A stretch of 47,422 bases of DNA from the UHGV virus genome UHGV-0327568; one strand, given 5' to 3'. Both the position numbers and the translations under genes were made by a program. Every line of letters starts with the position of its first letter. The stretch's first letter is position 1. The DNA is from a virus. Of this stretch, positions 9,445-18,335 are shown piece after piece. Under the pieces are notes generated by a model, which saw only the letters and a list, made by a program, of their open reading frames with translations, was not told where the DNA came from and made no database searches.

Positions 9445-11979
9445 ATGAGGAATCTATATATGGCACGCAAAAGACTCTCAGCACCAGCAATTGAAAAACT
9501 CGAAGAGATTATTGGCGATGGCGTGATTGATGCGCCTGAATCTGCGGTGTTCGGTGTTGTTAATACAGATAAGCAGATTGTTCGCAAACTGAAAATGACG
9601 CAAAGCGGAGTTGATGACGTTAGCGACTCTGATATTGGCGTTGATCACCTGATACCAGAAAAGCTGGAAAAGCTACTTTACCCCAAGCGTAATAAGATTG
9701 TGTTTGGCGGGCGCGGATGCTTAGCCATCGGCACGATGGTGAGGATGTTTGATGGTAGCCTAAAACGCGTAGAGGATATCGTTGTTGGCGATAAGGTTAT
9801 GGGTCCAGACAGTAAACCACGAAATGTTTTAAACATCTGTCGGGGGTTTGATGACATGTATACGGTTCATCAAAAATATGCTGATGACTACACTGTCAAC
9901 TCAAGTCACATACTGTCATTACGAAAGATTCCATCTGCTATCAGTGACGAGACAAAAACACCGGATGGTAAAAGAATTTATCGTTATTACCCGAATGAAC
10001 CTGAAATACTGAATATTGGTGTTTCAGAATATTTGTCGCGCGCAACTTCCAAAAAGTTCCGCCATGTCTTTAAAGGGTGGCGAACAGGATGGGATTTTAA
10101 TGACCAAAGCGTCCCAGTTGACCCGTACTTTCTTGGTTTATGGTTAGGTGATGGTTCATCTCGTGGTGTTGAAGTGTGCACGCCTGATCCAGAGATAGTT
10201 GACTACATTCACAACGTGGCAAGCCAATACGGGATGCAGGTAAAGGTTCGCGACGATGATAGATGCCCTGTCTATGCGATAACTAATGGTCGAGCTGCTG
10301 GCATGGGGAAGAACACCAACCCGTTACTAACTAAAATGCAGCAGCTTGGGGTGATTAATAATAAACACATACCTGACTGCTATATCAAAAACAGCAGAGA
10401 GGTAAGACTTCAGATTCTGGCTGGGCTATTGGATACTGATTCGCATTATGACCAGAAAAAGAAAAGCTATTCTTTCACATCAATAAATAAAGAAATGGCC
10501 TTCTCTTTGATGGATGTGGCAAGATCGCTTGGCTTCAAGTCAAGCATAATCAAAAAGACTGATGTCACCTTTGAATATAAAGGTGAGAAAAGAATATACG
10601 AAAAGGACGTATGGGAGGTGTTCGTTAGTGGTGACCTTCATACAATCCCATGCCGAGTAAAAAGGAAGATAGCAGAGAAAACCAAGTCAACCCGTGGAAA
10701 GATGACTGAGGTGTCATTGTCTTATGTCGGGCATGGTGAATACGCTGGGTTCACTATTGATGGCGATCATCTTTTCCTGCTTGCTGATGGCACGGTTACA
10801 CACAACAGCGGAAAAACAAGGACAGTAACAACAATACTTACGGAGCGTGCACGCTTTAAGCCTGACAGGATAGCTTGTTTTCGTGAGATTCAGCAGTCCA
10901 TTGAAGATAGCTCATATCAGGAACTGAAGGACGAAATTGATCGCAAGGGAGAAACGAAAGAGTTTCGCGTCATCAACAACGAAATAACACACAAGGTAAC
11001 GAAAGCAAAGTTCCGCTTTAAAGGCCTGTATCGCAACCAGACGACCGTAAAAGGCTTCGCTGGCATTACAGTAGCTTGGGTCGAGGAGGCGGAAAACGTC
11101 AGCCAGACAAGCTGGGAAATCCTCACCCCAACAGTCCGCACTGAAGGGTCAGAGATATGGGTGACTTTCAACCCAAATAAAGAGCATGACCCGACGTGGA
11201 AAATATGGGTTGAGCCTTTTTATAATAAATTGCGCGAAAATGGCGGCATCTATGAGGATGATGAAAACCTGATTATGGAGTGTAATTACTCAGACAATCC
11301 GTGGTTCTGGGATACTCCGCTCCCAAGCCAAATGCAACGCATGAAAGAGACCGACTTCGACCGCTATCAATGGGTGTGGGGTGGGCGCTTTAATAAGCGT
11401 AATGATGAGCAGGTATTTGGCGGTAAGTGGCGCGTTGCTGATTTCGAGGTTAAGCCGGAATGGCATGGGCCTTACTTTGGCATCGACTTTGGATTCTCGC
11501 AGGACGCAACGGCGATGGTTGAGGTTTACATTGAGAAACTTCCTGATGACCGCCGCAACCTTTACGTCGCGCGCGAATACGGCCGTGTAGGCCTTGAGAT
11601 TACCGACACACCTACAGCGATGGAGCAATCATTCCCACTCTCCAGGAAGGCAAGATGGTATGGGGACTGCTCTCGGCCAGAAACAATCAGTCACATCAAA
11701 CGCGCAGGATTTGATATCCATCCATGCAATAAGTGGCCCGGGAGCGTGGAGGAGGGTGTAACCTGGCTCAGGGGTTGCGACAGCATCATCATTCATGACC
11801 GCTGCACACAGACTCAGGAAGAGTTCACTATGTACAGTTACAAGGTGGACAAGCTGACGGGTAACGTGCTCACAAATATTGTGGATGCGTGGAACCACTT
11901 CATTGACGCAATCAGATATGCATGCAACGATCACATCGTACAGCGTGGCTCTGGATGGATTAGAAGGAGCAGGAGATGA
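9445..11979 (+). CDS. Terminase large subunit interrupted by an intein (844-aa precursor; 481-aa extein)
   Basis: The extein junction FGGRG|C...THN|SGKT restores a Walker A (GRGSGKT). Downstream motifs are typical of TerL ATPase/nuclease regions. Confidence 0.8.
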   Translation: MRNLYMARKRLSAPAIEKLEEIIGDGVIDAPESAVFGVVNTDKQIVRKLKMTQSGVDDVSDSDIGVDHLIPEKLEKLLYPKRNKIVFGGRGCLAIGTMVRMFDGSLKRVEDIVVGDKVMGPDSKPRNVLNICRGFDDMYTVHQKYADDYTVNSSHILSLRKIPSAISDETKTPDGKRIYRYYPNEPEILNIGVSEYLSRATSKKFRHVFKGWRTGWDFNDQSVPVDPYFLGLWLGDGSSRGVEVCTPDPEIVDYIHNVASQYGMQVKVRDDDRCPVYAITNGRAAGMGKNTNPLLTKMQQLGVINNKHIPDCYIKNSREVRLQILAGLLDTDSHYDQKKKSYSFTSINKEMAFSLMDVARSLGFKSSIIKKTDVTFEYKGEKRIYEKDVWEVFVSGDLHTIPCRVKRKIAEKTKSTRGKMTEVSLSYVGHGEYAGFTIDGDHLFLLADGTVTHNSGKTRTVTTILTERARFKPDRIACFREIQQSIEDSSYQELKDEIDRKGETKEFRVINNEITHKVTKAKFRFKGLYRNQTTVKGFAGITVAWVEEAENVSQTSWEILTPTVRTEGSEIWVTFNPNKEHDPTWKIWVEPFYNKLRENGGIYEDDENLIMECNYSDNPWFWDTPLPSQMQRMKETDFDRYQWVWGGRFNKRNDEQVFGGKWRVADFEVKPEWHGPYFGIDFGFSQDATAMVEVYIEKLPDDRRNLYVAREYGRVGLEITDTPTAMEQSFPLSRKARWYGDCSRPETISHIKRAGFDIHPCNKWPGSVEEGVTWLRGCDSIIIHDRCTQTQEEFTMYSYKVDKLTGNVLTNIVDAWNHFIDAIRYACNDHIVQRGSGWIRRSRR
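9718..10806 (+). mobile_element. Intein with LAGLIDADG homing-endonuclease domain (363 aa), in the TerL P-loop
   Basis: Starts CLAIGTMV (block A) and ends GTVTHN followed by extein S. Internal FLGLWLGDGSS and LQILAGLLDTDSH are LAGLIDADG motifs. Confidence 0.75.
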
Positions 11980-11983
11980 GATG

Positions 11984-12008
11984 AGACCCCAGCAGGGGTC
12001 TATTTATA
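11984..12008. terminator. Terminator hairpin after terminase (bidirectional)
   Basis: GACCCC-agca-GGGGTC followed by TATTTAT. It also sits at the 3' end of the minus gene 12000-12290. Confidence 0.5.
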
Positions 12009-12290
12009 AAGCCAGCAATGAATCCCCGCGTTGCGCATGGCGGCATAAATCACGTCATTAGACACGACCGCAATCGCCACCCTTTCTGCATCAATCTGCT
12101 GGTGCGAAGCCATGATGTCATCATAGAATACATCGTTAGCATGCAGCCATTCATACGCATGCTTTGCCCTCATGATAAGCACGTCATGCCCGGCAGAGTA
12201 GAGCGACTTAGCCAGCGCAACGTTGCCAGCAATGGCATTACCCTCAGCATCGCGCAGCACGCCATCAAGCTCGAAAATGACACATTTCAT
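12000..12290 (-). CDS. Hypothetical protein with HAD-like N-terminal motif
   Basis: MKCVIFELDGVL resembles HAD motif I (DxDG). The 96-aa protein is too short for a full HAD fold. Confidence 0.45.
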   Translation of the reverse strand: MKCVIFELDGVLRDAEGNAIAGNVALAKSLYSAGHDVLIMRAKHAYEWLHANDVFYDDIMASHQQIDAERVAIAVVSNDVIYAAMRNAGIHCWLYK

Positions 12291-12316
12291 AAGATTTCTC
12301 CGAGAGGTTTCATTTT

Positions 12317-12345
12317 AATCTACGCCATGCTAGAATCTACGTCAA
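12317..12345 (-). promoter_or_regulatory. Leftward sigma70-like promoter TTGACG-17-TAGATT
   Basis: The reverse complement of 12340-12345 is TTGACG and of 12317-12322 is TAGATT. The -35 comes from the conserved element and the -10 from a degenerate second copy (AATCTACGCC). Confidence 0.45.
12334..12345 (+). repeat. Conserved element copy 2: AATCTACGTCAA
   Basis: Exact core; divergent junction between 12290 (-) and 12382 (+). Confidence 0.7.
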
Positions 12346-12381
12346 GGCGCATTGACATAACTACATCACCGGGGGGGCATC

Positions 12382-12621
12382 ATGAAGGCATACTCATCTT
12401 TTTCGTGGGAGCAGAAGGAAAAAATATACTCACTCGCAAGAGCTGGCGTGTCTGATGAAGCACTGTGCGAAAGGTACGATGTTGATGAGGCTATTCTTCT
12501 GCGCATGTATGATGAAGTGCTGTGTGAGTTGCAGCGGCGTCGTGGTTACAGCGGGCTGAAGACGATTAATGATTTCTTTCGGAATGTTGAGTTAAATAAC
12601 GATGAGGGTGGTGATTTATGA
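12382..12621 (+). CDS. Hypothetical protein
   Basis: 79-aa ORF whose ATG directly follows the run of G's. Confidence 0.5.
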   Translation: MKAYSSFSWEQKEKIYSLARAGVSDEALCERYDVDEAILLRMYDEVLCELQRRRGYSGLKTINDFFRNVELNNDEGGDL

Positions 12622-12797
12622 TTATTGAAGGTCATACAAAATTAGATGAGTGCAATCTAATAATTAATGGAAGGCTGTCAGATGAGCATGATTTGATGTT
12701 GTGTCAATTCCACGACACTGTAATCATCGACAAGCACCAGGCCGCGCAGCTTATCGAAGTCCTGCAACGCTGGGTTGATGATGAGGAGATTGAGTGA
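12618..12797 (+). CDS. Small hypothetical protein (59 aa)
   Basis: ATGA overlap with the upstream gene; in-frame stop at 12795-12797. Confidence 0.35.
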   Translation: MIIEGHTKLDECNLIINGRLSDEHDLMLCQFHDTVIIDKHQAAQLIEVLQRWVDDEEIE

Positions 12798-12868
12798 TGA
12801 GCGTTTGCATGCGTCATTTTGCATGCCAAATTAATATTTGTAAATTGACTCCAACCATTTATCAAATT

Positions 12869-13240
12869 TTATGCCTCAACCCAGTCGCCATCTTCGTTTT
12901 TAACGACCTCGACAAGGGTGTCGAACTGGCGTTTGCATTCTGCCGGGTCCTCGTCCCAGGTTGGCATTTCAGCCAGCCAGTTTTTATCCGTGTCGACTGA
13001 ACCGGTAAAGGGGTTCATCAGGAATTTTTCAGTAGTCATTTTGAGAGCCTCGTTAATTTCGCTTATGCGGGAATGAAGCACACACTGCACATCCGCACCT
13101 ATGGTTGATGGCAGTGCATACTTGCCTGTGACCCAGTGCCGGACTGTTCGGTCACTGACGGAAAGTCTTTCCGCCATCTCGGTGACGAAGTGATTCCCGA
13201 ACGCAGCCTTTCCAGCGGCAATAAAAGCTTCGATGTTCAT
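12869..13240 (-). CDS. Putative HTH DNA-binding protein
   Basis: Start MNIEAF at 13240. Segment MAERLSVSDRTVRHWVTGKYALP looks like a helix-turn-helix. Confidence 0.45.
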   Translation of the reverse strand: MNIEAFIAAGKAAFGNHFVTEMAERLSVSDRTVRHWVTGKYALPSTIGADVQCVLHSRISEINEALKMTTEKFLMNPFTGSVDTDKNWLAEMPTWDEDPAECKRQFDTLVEVVKNEDGDWVEA

Positions 13241-13241
13241 A

Positions 13242-13448
13242 TTACGCCTTTGCGAGATTCCAGGTTGATTTAAGGGCGGCAGCAAAGAATTCACAAGCTT
13301 TACGACCCGCATTTTTGGGAAGAGATGCGAAGCCTTTTGCTTCTGCCCATGCTGCGCGCATGATTGCTGCTTTGTCGAATTTGCCGTTGACGATCAGCGT
13401 TGCTTTAGTGGCTGCCTGGTTTTTTTTGAAAGAGTTGAGAATGCGCAT
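13242..13448 (-). CDS. Small hypothetical protein (68 aa)
   Basis: Its stop lies 1 nt from the start of the downstream HTH gene, giving a two-gene leftward unit. Confidence 0.4.
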   Translation of the reverse strand: MRILNSFKKNQAATKATLIVNGKFDKAAIMRAAWAEAKGFASLPKNAGRKACEFFAAALKSTWNLAKA

Positions 13449-13717
13449 TTGGAATCACCTTTGTGATATTGGCTGGGGCTTATCCCCTTGCCTATGTAAG
13501 TAATATACACATTCCGATAATCGGAAGCAAGGTTTTTATGAGATTTATATCGAAAGGTGGCAAAGATATTCGGTCTTGCGTGTCACGAATTGGGGGAGTG
13601 CAGCACGGCTGGATACCAAGTGGTGTCATGTGTGACCTTGCTTCTCATCGCTAACAAGGCCATACATGAAGAGGTTCCTTTTTCGCATCAATATCACGCA
13701 GGCATGACCATGCTATA

Positions 13718-13747
13718 ATCCCATCACTACCGATGGGATTTTTTATG
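13718..13747 (+). terminator. Hairpin plus T-run immediately upstream of the portal gene
   Basis: ATCCCATC-actacc-GATGGGAT followed by TTTTTTAT. A TATAAT (13714-13719) abuts it. Confidence 0.4.
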
Positions 13748-13755
13748 GTGACGAA

Positions 13756-15204
13756 ATGTCAAAGTTAGAGGCGGTAAACGCCTATATTCAGCAGCGAGTG
13801 GCGAACAATAACAGGCTCATCGAGCGGCAGCGTCGGGAGTTTAGCGGTGCAAACATAGACCAAAAGCACACCAGACTGTATGTCGAATGTGGCTACCCTG
13901 AAGAAATCACCGCCGAGATGTTCCGCTATGCTTACGAGCGCTATGCGCCGGCAACTGCTGGCGTCAATCGCGTACTCGATAAGTGCTGGCAGACTCCGCC
14001 GCAAATCCTCGAAGAAGGCGCCGATGATAAAGCGAGCACCCCGTGGGAGAAGGCCGCCAACAAGCTGTTTAAGCGCGCTGCGCCGTTCATTAAGGATGCA
14101 GACCGCCGCAATCTCATCAACCGCTATTCCGGTCTCATCCTGCAAATCCGTGATGGAAAACAGTGGAATGAGCCTGTAGACACCACAAAAACAAGACGCA
14201 TCAAGGATGCTGCCATTGTCCGTTACATTCCGGCATGGGAAGAGCAGCTTCGCGTTAGCGAATGGGAAAATGACGAATCCAGCGAAGACTATGGTCAGCC
14301 GAAGATGTACGAATATCAGGAGTCGGTAGTCGGCGCCTGCAACAGCGACGGAAAACCAACGCGCTCCCTGAGCATTCATCCCGATCGCATTATCGTATTT
14401 GCCGAGGGTGCGATGGATGGCTCCATTTACTCTGGCGTCCCACTTCTTCGTGCTGGGTATAACCACCTCATCGACATGGCGAAAGTCACCGGCTCAAGCG
14501 CTGAGGGCTTCCTGAAGAATGCCAGTCGGCAGCTCAACGTTAATTATAATAAAGACAGCGTTTCCGCTCAGTCTCTGGCTCAGCAAATGGGCGTGCCGCT
14601 GGAAGAACTGGCTGATGTGCTCAATGAGGATGTGGCGCGCCTGAATGAGGCAATTGACGCGGCGATGTTCACGATGGGCGCTGATGTCAAAGTGCTCTCA
14701 GTGACGCCAGCCGACCCGGGGCCAACGTGGACTATTGCAGCCAACCAGTTTGCGGCATCCATCAAAAAGCCATTCACCATCCTGTTTGGTCAGCAGACTG
14801 GCCGCCTTGCATCCGATGAGGATAAAACCGACGACGCCATGAGCGCCAAGCAGCGCCGTGAGGACTGGCTGGACTACATCATCTCGGTATTCATCGACCG
14901 GATGATTTCCTTTGGCATTCTGGATAAGGCACCGGAGAGCGGTTATTACTGTAAATGGGATGACCTGCTTGCACCTTCCGAACTGAACAAGGCAGACCTG
15001 CTGGTTAAACTTGCCACAGCTAATGAATCCGTGTTTGATGCAGGCCAGATGGCCCTGATGACCGTCGATGAAATGCGCGGCATTGTCGGCATGGAACCAT
15101 TGGAGGCACAGCTTCCTGACGGCTTACAGGAAGGACAGCAGCAACAGCAAGACCAACAGCAAGACCAACAGCAGGGCCAGACCGATGCGCCTCCTAAAAA
15201 TTAA
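13756..15204 (+). CDS. Portal protein
   Basis: 482-aa ORF directly after the terminase module and before the Mu F-like gene. The C-terminus is Gln-rich ([15 protein letters not shown]). Confidence 0.65.
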   Translation: MSKLEAVNAYIQQRVANNNRLIERQRREFSGANIDQKHTRLYVECGYPEEITAEMFRYAYERYAPATAGVNRVLDKCWQTPPQILEEGADDKASTPWEKAANKLFKRAAPFIKDADRRNLINRYSGLILQIRDGKQWNEPVDTTKTRRIKDAAIVRYIPAWEEQLRVSEWENDESSEDYGQPKMYEYQESVVGACNSDGKPTRSLSIHPDRIIVFAEGAMDGSIYSGVPLLRAGYNHLIDMAKVTGSSAEGFLKNASRQLNVNYNKDSVSAQSLAQQMGVPLEELADVLNEDVARLNEAIDAAMFTMGADVKVLSVTPADPGPTWTIAANQFAASIKKPFTILFGQQTGRLASDEDKTDDAMSAKQRREDWLDYIISVFIDRMISFGILDKAPESGYYCKWDDLLAPSELNKADLLVKLATANESVFDAGQMALMTVDEMRGIVGMEPLEAQLPDGLQEGQQQQQDQQQDQQQGQTDAPPKN

Positions 15205-15232
15205 TGCCCGGCTTCCGCAGCCAAAATTAAGC

Positions 15233-16129
15233 ATGAGCCTGACAGACCCACTCGGCGCAGTGGGTCGTGTAAATAAGATGGTGCGCGATGTTGACGCCAG
15301 ATACGTGACGCTAAAATCACAGGCTGCCGACCTGTTTCGCACTATCCCCGTGGCGACTGGCAACGCCGAGGCTGGAAATTATTATTATGATTTCTCTGCC
15401 TATCGCGCATCGACATTCTTTGATGAGCTTCAGCGCATTCTTGATGGTCAGTTGCTGGAAGGCGATGATTTCACGCATGGAAGGTTGTGGGCGTCATCCT
15501 ATGTCAGTGACGCCATGTACGCTGGTACGCAGAAGGCTAACTCTGACCTGAGCGACCTGTCATCGGCATACAAAGACAGCAGGCCGCTTGCTGAAATCCT
15601 GTACTCTCAGCCGTATCTCGACAGGCTTCAGTTAGCGTACACACGCACGTATAACGACTGGGGTGGCCTCTCTGATTACACGCGGCAACAGGTGGCAGAG
15701 GTCATCACTGCTGGCATTGCAAATGGCGATGCTCCGGGAGTGGTTGAGCAAAACATCGTTAACCGCATGGATGTGTCAAGGAGCTATGCGCGGTCAATTG
15801 CTCAGACTGAAATCACCAACACCCTGCGCGAGGCTAACAGACGCGAAGTGAAAGAGGCGCAGGTCACGCTGGGTATGGATACCATCATGCTCTGGCAGTC
15901 GGCGCTGATGAAGACAACCCGCGTTACTCATGCTGCGCGTCACGGGAAATATTACACGCCTGAAGAGATTGATGAGTTCTACAGCGAAGGCGCAAACCGC
16001 CGTAACTGTCACTGCTCGCAGGTTCCAGCGCTGGTGATGGATGGCAAGCCGGTGATACTTGAGAAGACGCAGGAAAGACTCGATAAGCAGCGCGAAGCAT
16101 GGCAGGATACGCACAAGAAAGCCGCCTGA
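15233..16129 (+). CDS. Head morphogenesis protein (Mu F / SPP1 gp7 family)
   Basis: C-terminal region ...THAARHGKYYTPEE...NRRNCHCS matches the Mu F-like domain. Start trimmed from 15068 to ATG 15233 to avoid a 137-nt overlap with portal. The start is uncertain. Confidence 0.65.
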   Translation: MSLTDPLGAVGRVNKMVRDVDARYVTLKSQAADLFRTIPVATGNAEAGNYYYDFSAYRASTFFDELQRILDGQLLEGDDFTHGRLWASSYVSDAMYAGTQKANSDLSDLSSAYKDSRPLAEILYSQPYLDRLQLAYTRTYNDWGGLSDYTRQQVAEVITAGIANGDAPGVVEQNIVNRMDVSRSYARSIAQTEITNTLREANRREVKEAQVTLGMDTIMLWQSALMKTTRVTHAARHGKYYTPEEIDEFYSEGANRRNCHCSQVPALVMDGKPVILEKTQERLDKQREAWQDTHKKAA

Positions 16130-16140
16130 TGGCGGCTTAT
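16117..16140. terminator. Bidirectional terminator hairpin
   Basis: AAGCCGCC-tgat-GGCGGCTT; T-rich on the minus side. Confidence 0.45.
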
Positions 16141-16141
16141 A

Positions 16142-16264
16142 TTAACGCTTTTTAATGAACCCTCCGCAACCGCACTTTGGGCACATCGTATATCGAATTC
16201 CTGGCTTTTCAATCCTGTCTCGGTTGTGGTGTTCGTGCTTGCAGGCCACGCAGATGATAATCAT
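16142..16264 (-). CDS. Zinc-ribbon protein (40 aa)
   Basis: MIIICVACKHEHHNRDRIEKPGIRYTMCPKCGCGGFIKKR with two CxxC pairs. ATGA overlap with the upstream gene. Confidence 0.4.
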   Translation of the reverse strand: MIIICVACKHEHHNRDRIEKPGIRYTMCPKCGCGGFIKKR

Positions 16265-17151
16265 CAATCCTCCAGCTTAACGCCGGGAATTTTACCGGCT
16301 GCGATGGCGTCAAAAATCAAATCTGCTGAATGCCCATTGCTGGCAGATGACCTGCACAACTCAGCAATCGCGATCTTTGCCTCATCGCGCTTCCGCTCCG
16401 CTTCTGAGGGAACGGGGCGAAAATCGCAGGTGCGAGGATGGGCGACAAATTCTCCCGGAGATAGCGCCTCAACAATCACCACTGTATATTCGCTGACATA
16501 TTTAATGATGCCTCGACGCCAGTTGGGTATAGCATCAAGCGTGTGTTTCATAAACTCACACTCACATCCAACCGGCGGCAAGCCTTCGCCATTCCAAACC
16601 GGCGCAGCATCCTGACCTATGCACTCATTCAGGTTGGCTTCTTCATCCGCTTCGGTGATGCCAGCATAAGCATTCCATGCGGCAGCGCGAACCCGGTCTG
16701 CCTCCTGCGGCTGGTGCAGGCGGTAGGCGATGATGTCACCAGGGTCACCCGGCGCATTTACCTGCCAATTCATGGCTCCTGCTGGTTGTCTAGCTGTTAT
16801 GGAACCACATCGCAACTTCACATCAACAACTGCATTTGTGCTAACAGGAGGGTACTCACCACCACCCCACTCAATCCAGCCGTCATTTTTGGCAGCCAGT
16901 GCGGCTTCGTACTGTTCGCGGGTGATGATGGCGATGGCGTAGTCACTTGCCAAAACATCAGCGGTGAAACAATCAATTCTAGAACCATCAAGAAACCACC
17001 GATTAAAACTAGCCTCAAATTTAGCAACGCTTGGCTGGCATTTTGCCGGCATGATTTCTCTGTCGCGGTCCTGCGTGATGCAATTGGCATGCTCCGGCCA
17101 TGACCAGCCGTTTTCAATGGTTTCTTCAACCAAAATATCAATCAGCTTCAT
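16264..17151 (-). CDS. Hypothetical protein (295 aa) with internal W..GGGE/GEG..PPV repeat
   Basis: Long ORF with coherent codon usage. No family recognised. Confidence 0.55.
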   Translation of the reverse strand: MKLIDILVEETIENGWSWPEHANCITQDRDREIMPAKCQPSVAKFEASFNRWFLDGSRIDCFTADVLASDYAIAIITREQYEAALAAKNDGWIEWGGGEYPPVSTNAVVDVKLRCGSITARQPAGAMNWQVNAPGDPGDIIAYRLHQPQEADRVRAAAWNAYAGITEADEEANLNECIGQDAAPVWNGEGLPPVGCECEFMKHTLDAIPNWRRGIIKYVSEYTVVIVEALSPGEFVAHPRTCDFRPVPSEAERKRDEAKIAIAELCRSSASNGHSADLIFDAIAAGKIPGVKLED

Positions 17152-17282
17152 TTCCTCTCTCCGTTATAAATGCTTTTCAGTTCGCCCATCACGACAGACC
17201 ACGCCGCATGCTCATCCATGCCGCGCATCACTAATTTAACGTAGCGATTGCGGGCCTTAAACATCAGGCGAGGGCACATCAT
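17148..17282 (-). CDS. Small hypothetical protein (44 aa)
   Basis: MMCPRLMFKARNRYVKLVMRGMDEHAAW... Overlaps both neighbours by ATGA, so it is translationally coupled. Confidence 0.35.
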   Translation of the reverse strand: MMCPRLMFKARNRYVKLVMRGMDEHAAWSVVMGELKSIYNGERK

Positions 17283-17569
17283 TTGTCACCCATCGTTGAC
17301 AGGCAGACCTCGCGAGAGATTGCGGCCACTTCTTTCGGCGTCTTATCTGTCATTTTGTATGCCCCATCAACGATAGCCTTGCTGAGTTGGTTAAATTCAG
17401 CGCTATACTGGCCTCCAGAAGAAACCATCAGCGCGATCTGCTTTGATACGCCAGCATCACGGGCTTCTGCCGCCGCTTCACCGAACTCACCAACTGCATT
17501 GCAAAACTCGCCAGCCGACGCACCAAATGAAGCCATTGCGAATACTGCTGCTGCGATTAATTTTTTCAT
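17279..17569 (-). CDS. Secreted small protein (signal peptide, 2 Cys)
   Basis: MKKLIAAAVFAMASFGASA/GE is a signal peptidase I-type signal. It is the first gene of the leftward cassette. Confidence 0.55.
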   Translation of the reverse strand: MKKLIAAAVFAMASFGASAGEFCNAVGEFGEAAAEARDAGVSKQIALMVSSGGQYSAEFNQLSKAIVDGAYKMTDKTPKEVAAISREVCLSTMGDK

Positions 17570-17614
17570 CTTGAATCCCCTTTGTTTGTGTAACTACATC
17601 ATCGCTTACGATTC

Positions 17615-17626
17615 AATCTACGTCAA
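17615..17626 (+). repeat. Conserved element copy 3: AATCTACGTCAA
   Basis: Within TTCAATCTACGTCAAGAC; divergent junction 17569 (-) / 17668 (+). Confidence 0.7.
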
Positions 17627-17634
17627 GACTATTG

Positions 17635-17643
17635 TGATAAAAT
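17635..17643 (+). promoter_or_regulatory. Extended -10 (TGATAAAAT) for the lysis cassette
   Basis: TGaTAAAAT lies 8 nt after the conserved element. The same arrangement recurs at 29623-29631. There is no good -35. Confidence 0.35.
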
Positions 17644-17667
17644 AATCTGCATCACCGGAGGTAACAA

Positions 17668-18105
17668 ATGAAACTATCAACGCGCGGAAAGAATTTAATT
17701 AAATCTCATGAAGGGCTAGTGCTTGCAGTTTACCCTGACCCGGCAACCGGAGGCGCTCCGTACACCGCCGGATACGGTCATGCCGGAAGCGACGTTAAGC
17801 CGGGAATGAAGGTCACGCAGGCAATGGCTGACGCATGGTTTGATAAAGACGTAGCGAAATTTGAAAGCGGCGTTTCGTCACTCATCACATCCCCAACAAC
17901 TCAGGGGCAGTTTGATGCAATGGTGTCGCTGGCCTACAACATTGGCCTTGGTAACTTTGGTAAATCAACTCTGCTGAAAAAGCATAATTCCTGCTGCTAC
18001 ACCTGCGCCGCCGACCAGTTCCGGGTATGGAATCGCGCCAATGGCAAGGTCATGAACGGACTCACAAAGCGCCGCGCAGCTGAACGTCAGGTCTACATGT
18101 CATGA
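17668..18105 (+). CDS. Endolysin (phage lysozyme, GH24-like)
   Basis: MKLSTRGKNLIKSHEGLVLAVYPDPATGGAPYTAGYGH... is a classic lysozyme N-terminus with the catalytic E in the EGL motif. Confidence 0.85.
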   Translation: MKLSTRGKNLIKSHEGLVLAVYPDPATGGAPYTAGYGHAGSDVKPGMKVTQAMADAWFDKDVAKFESGVSSLITSPTTQGQFDAMVSLAYNIGLGNFGKSTLLKKHNSCCYTCAADQFRVWNRANGKVMNGLTKRRAAERQVYMS

Positions 18106-18335
18106 GGCGGCTGACTAACTGGTTCATCGGCGCGTGGCTATCATTTTGCTCGCTGATTCAGCTCTGGCCTGACGCCATGGTTCATGTGTGGGCCTTCATG
18201 CCTGAAGACCTCAGGTCTGCCATTCCGCCGATTGCGGTAAAGGCGATCAGCTACAGCATCCTTCTTGCCTCGCTGTTTGGAAAAATGCACAGCATGAAGA
18301 AAGAGATTAAGGCGCTGAAAAATGACCAGAATTAA
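18102..18335 (+). CDS. Putative holin (two TMDs)
   Basis: 77 aa with hydrophobic segments WFIGAWLSFCSLIQLW and IAVKAISYSILLASLFG. Sits between the endolysin and the spanins. Confidence 0.4.
   Translation: MRRLTNWFIGAWLSFCSLIQLWPDAMVHVWAFMPEDLRSAIPPIAVKAISYSILLASLFGKMHSMKKEIKALKNDQN

Noticed and set aside
9987-11934. Several minus-strand ORFs (64-112 aa) inside the terminase/intein gene
   Set aside because: Antisense to a well-supported long gene. No RBS. Not conserved-looking.
13765-14466. 233-aa minus-strand ORF inside the portal gene
   Set aside because: Antisense artefact of the long portal ORF. Low-complexity translation.
15068-15232. Upstream start of the Mu F-like gene overlapping the portal gene by 137 nt
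   Set aside because: The overlap is unusually long. The overlapped translation is an S/N/K repeat generated by the portal Gln-repeat DNA. I trimmed to ATG 15233, which remains uncertain.
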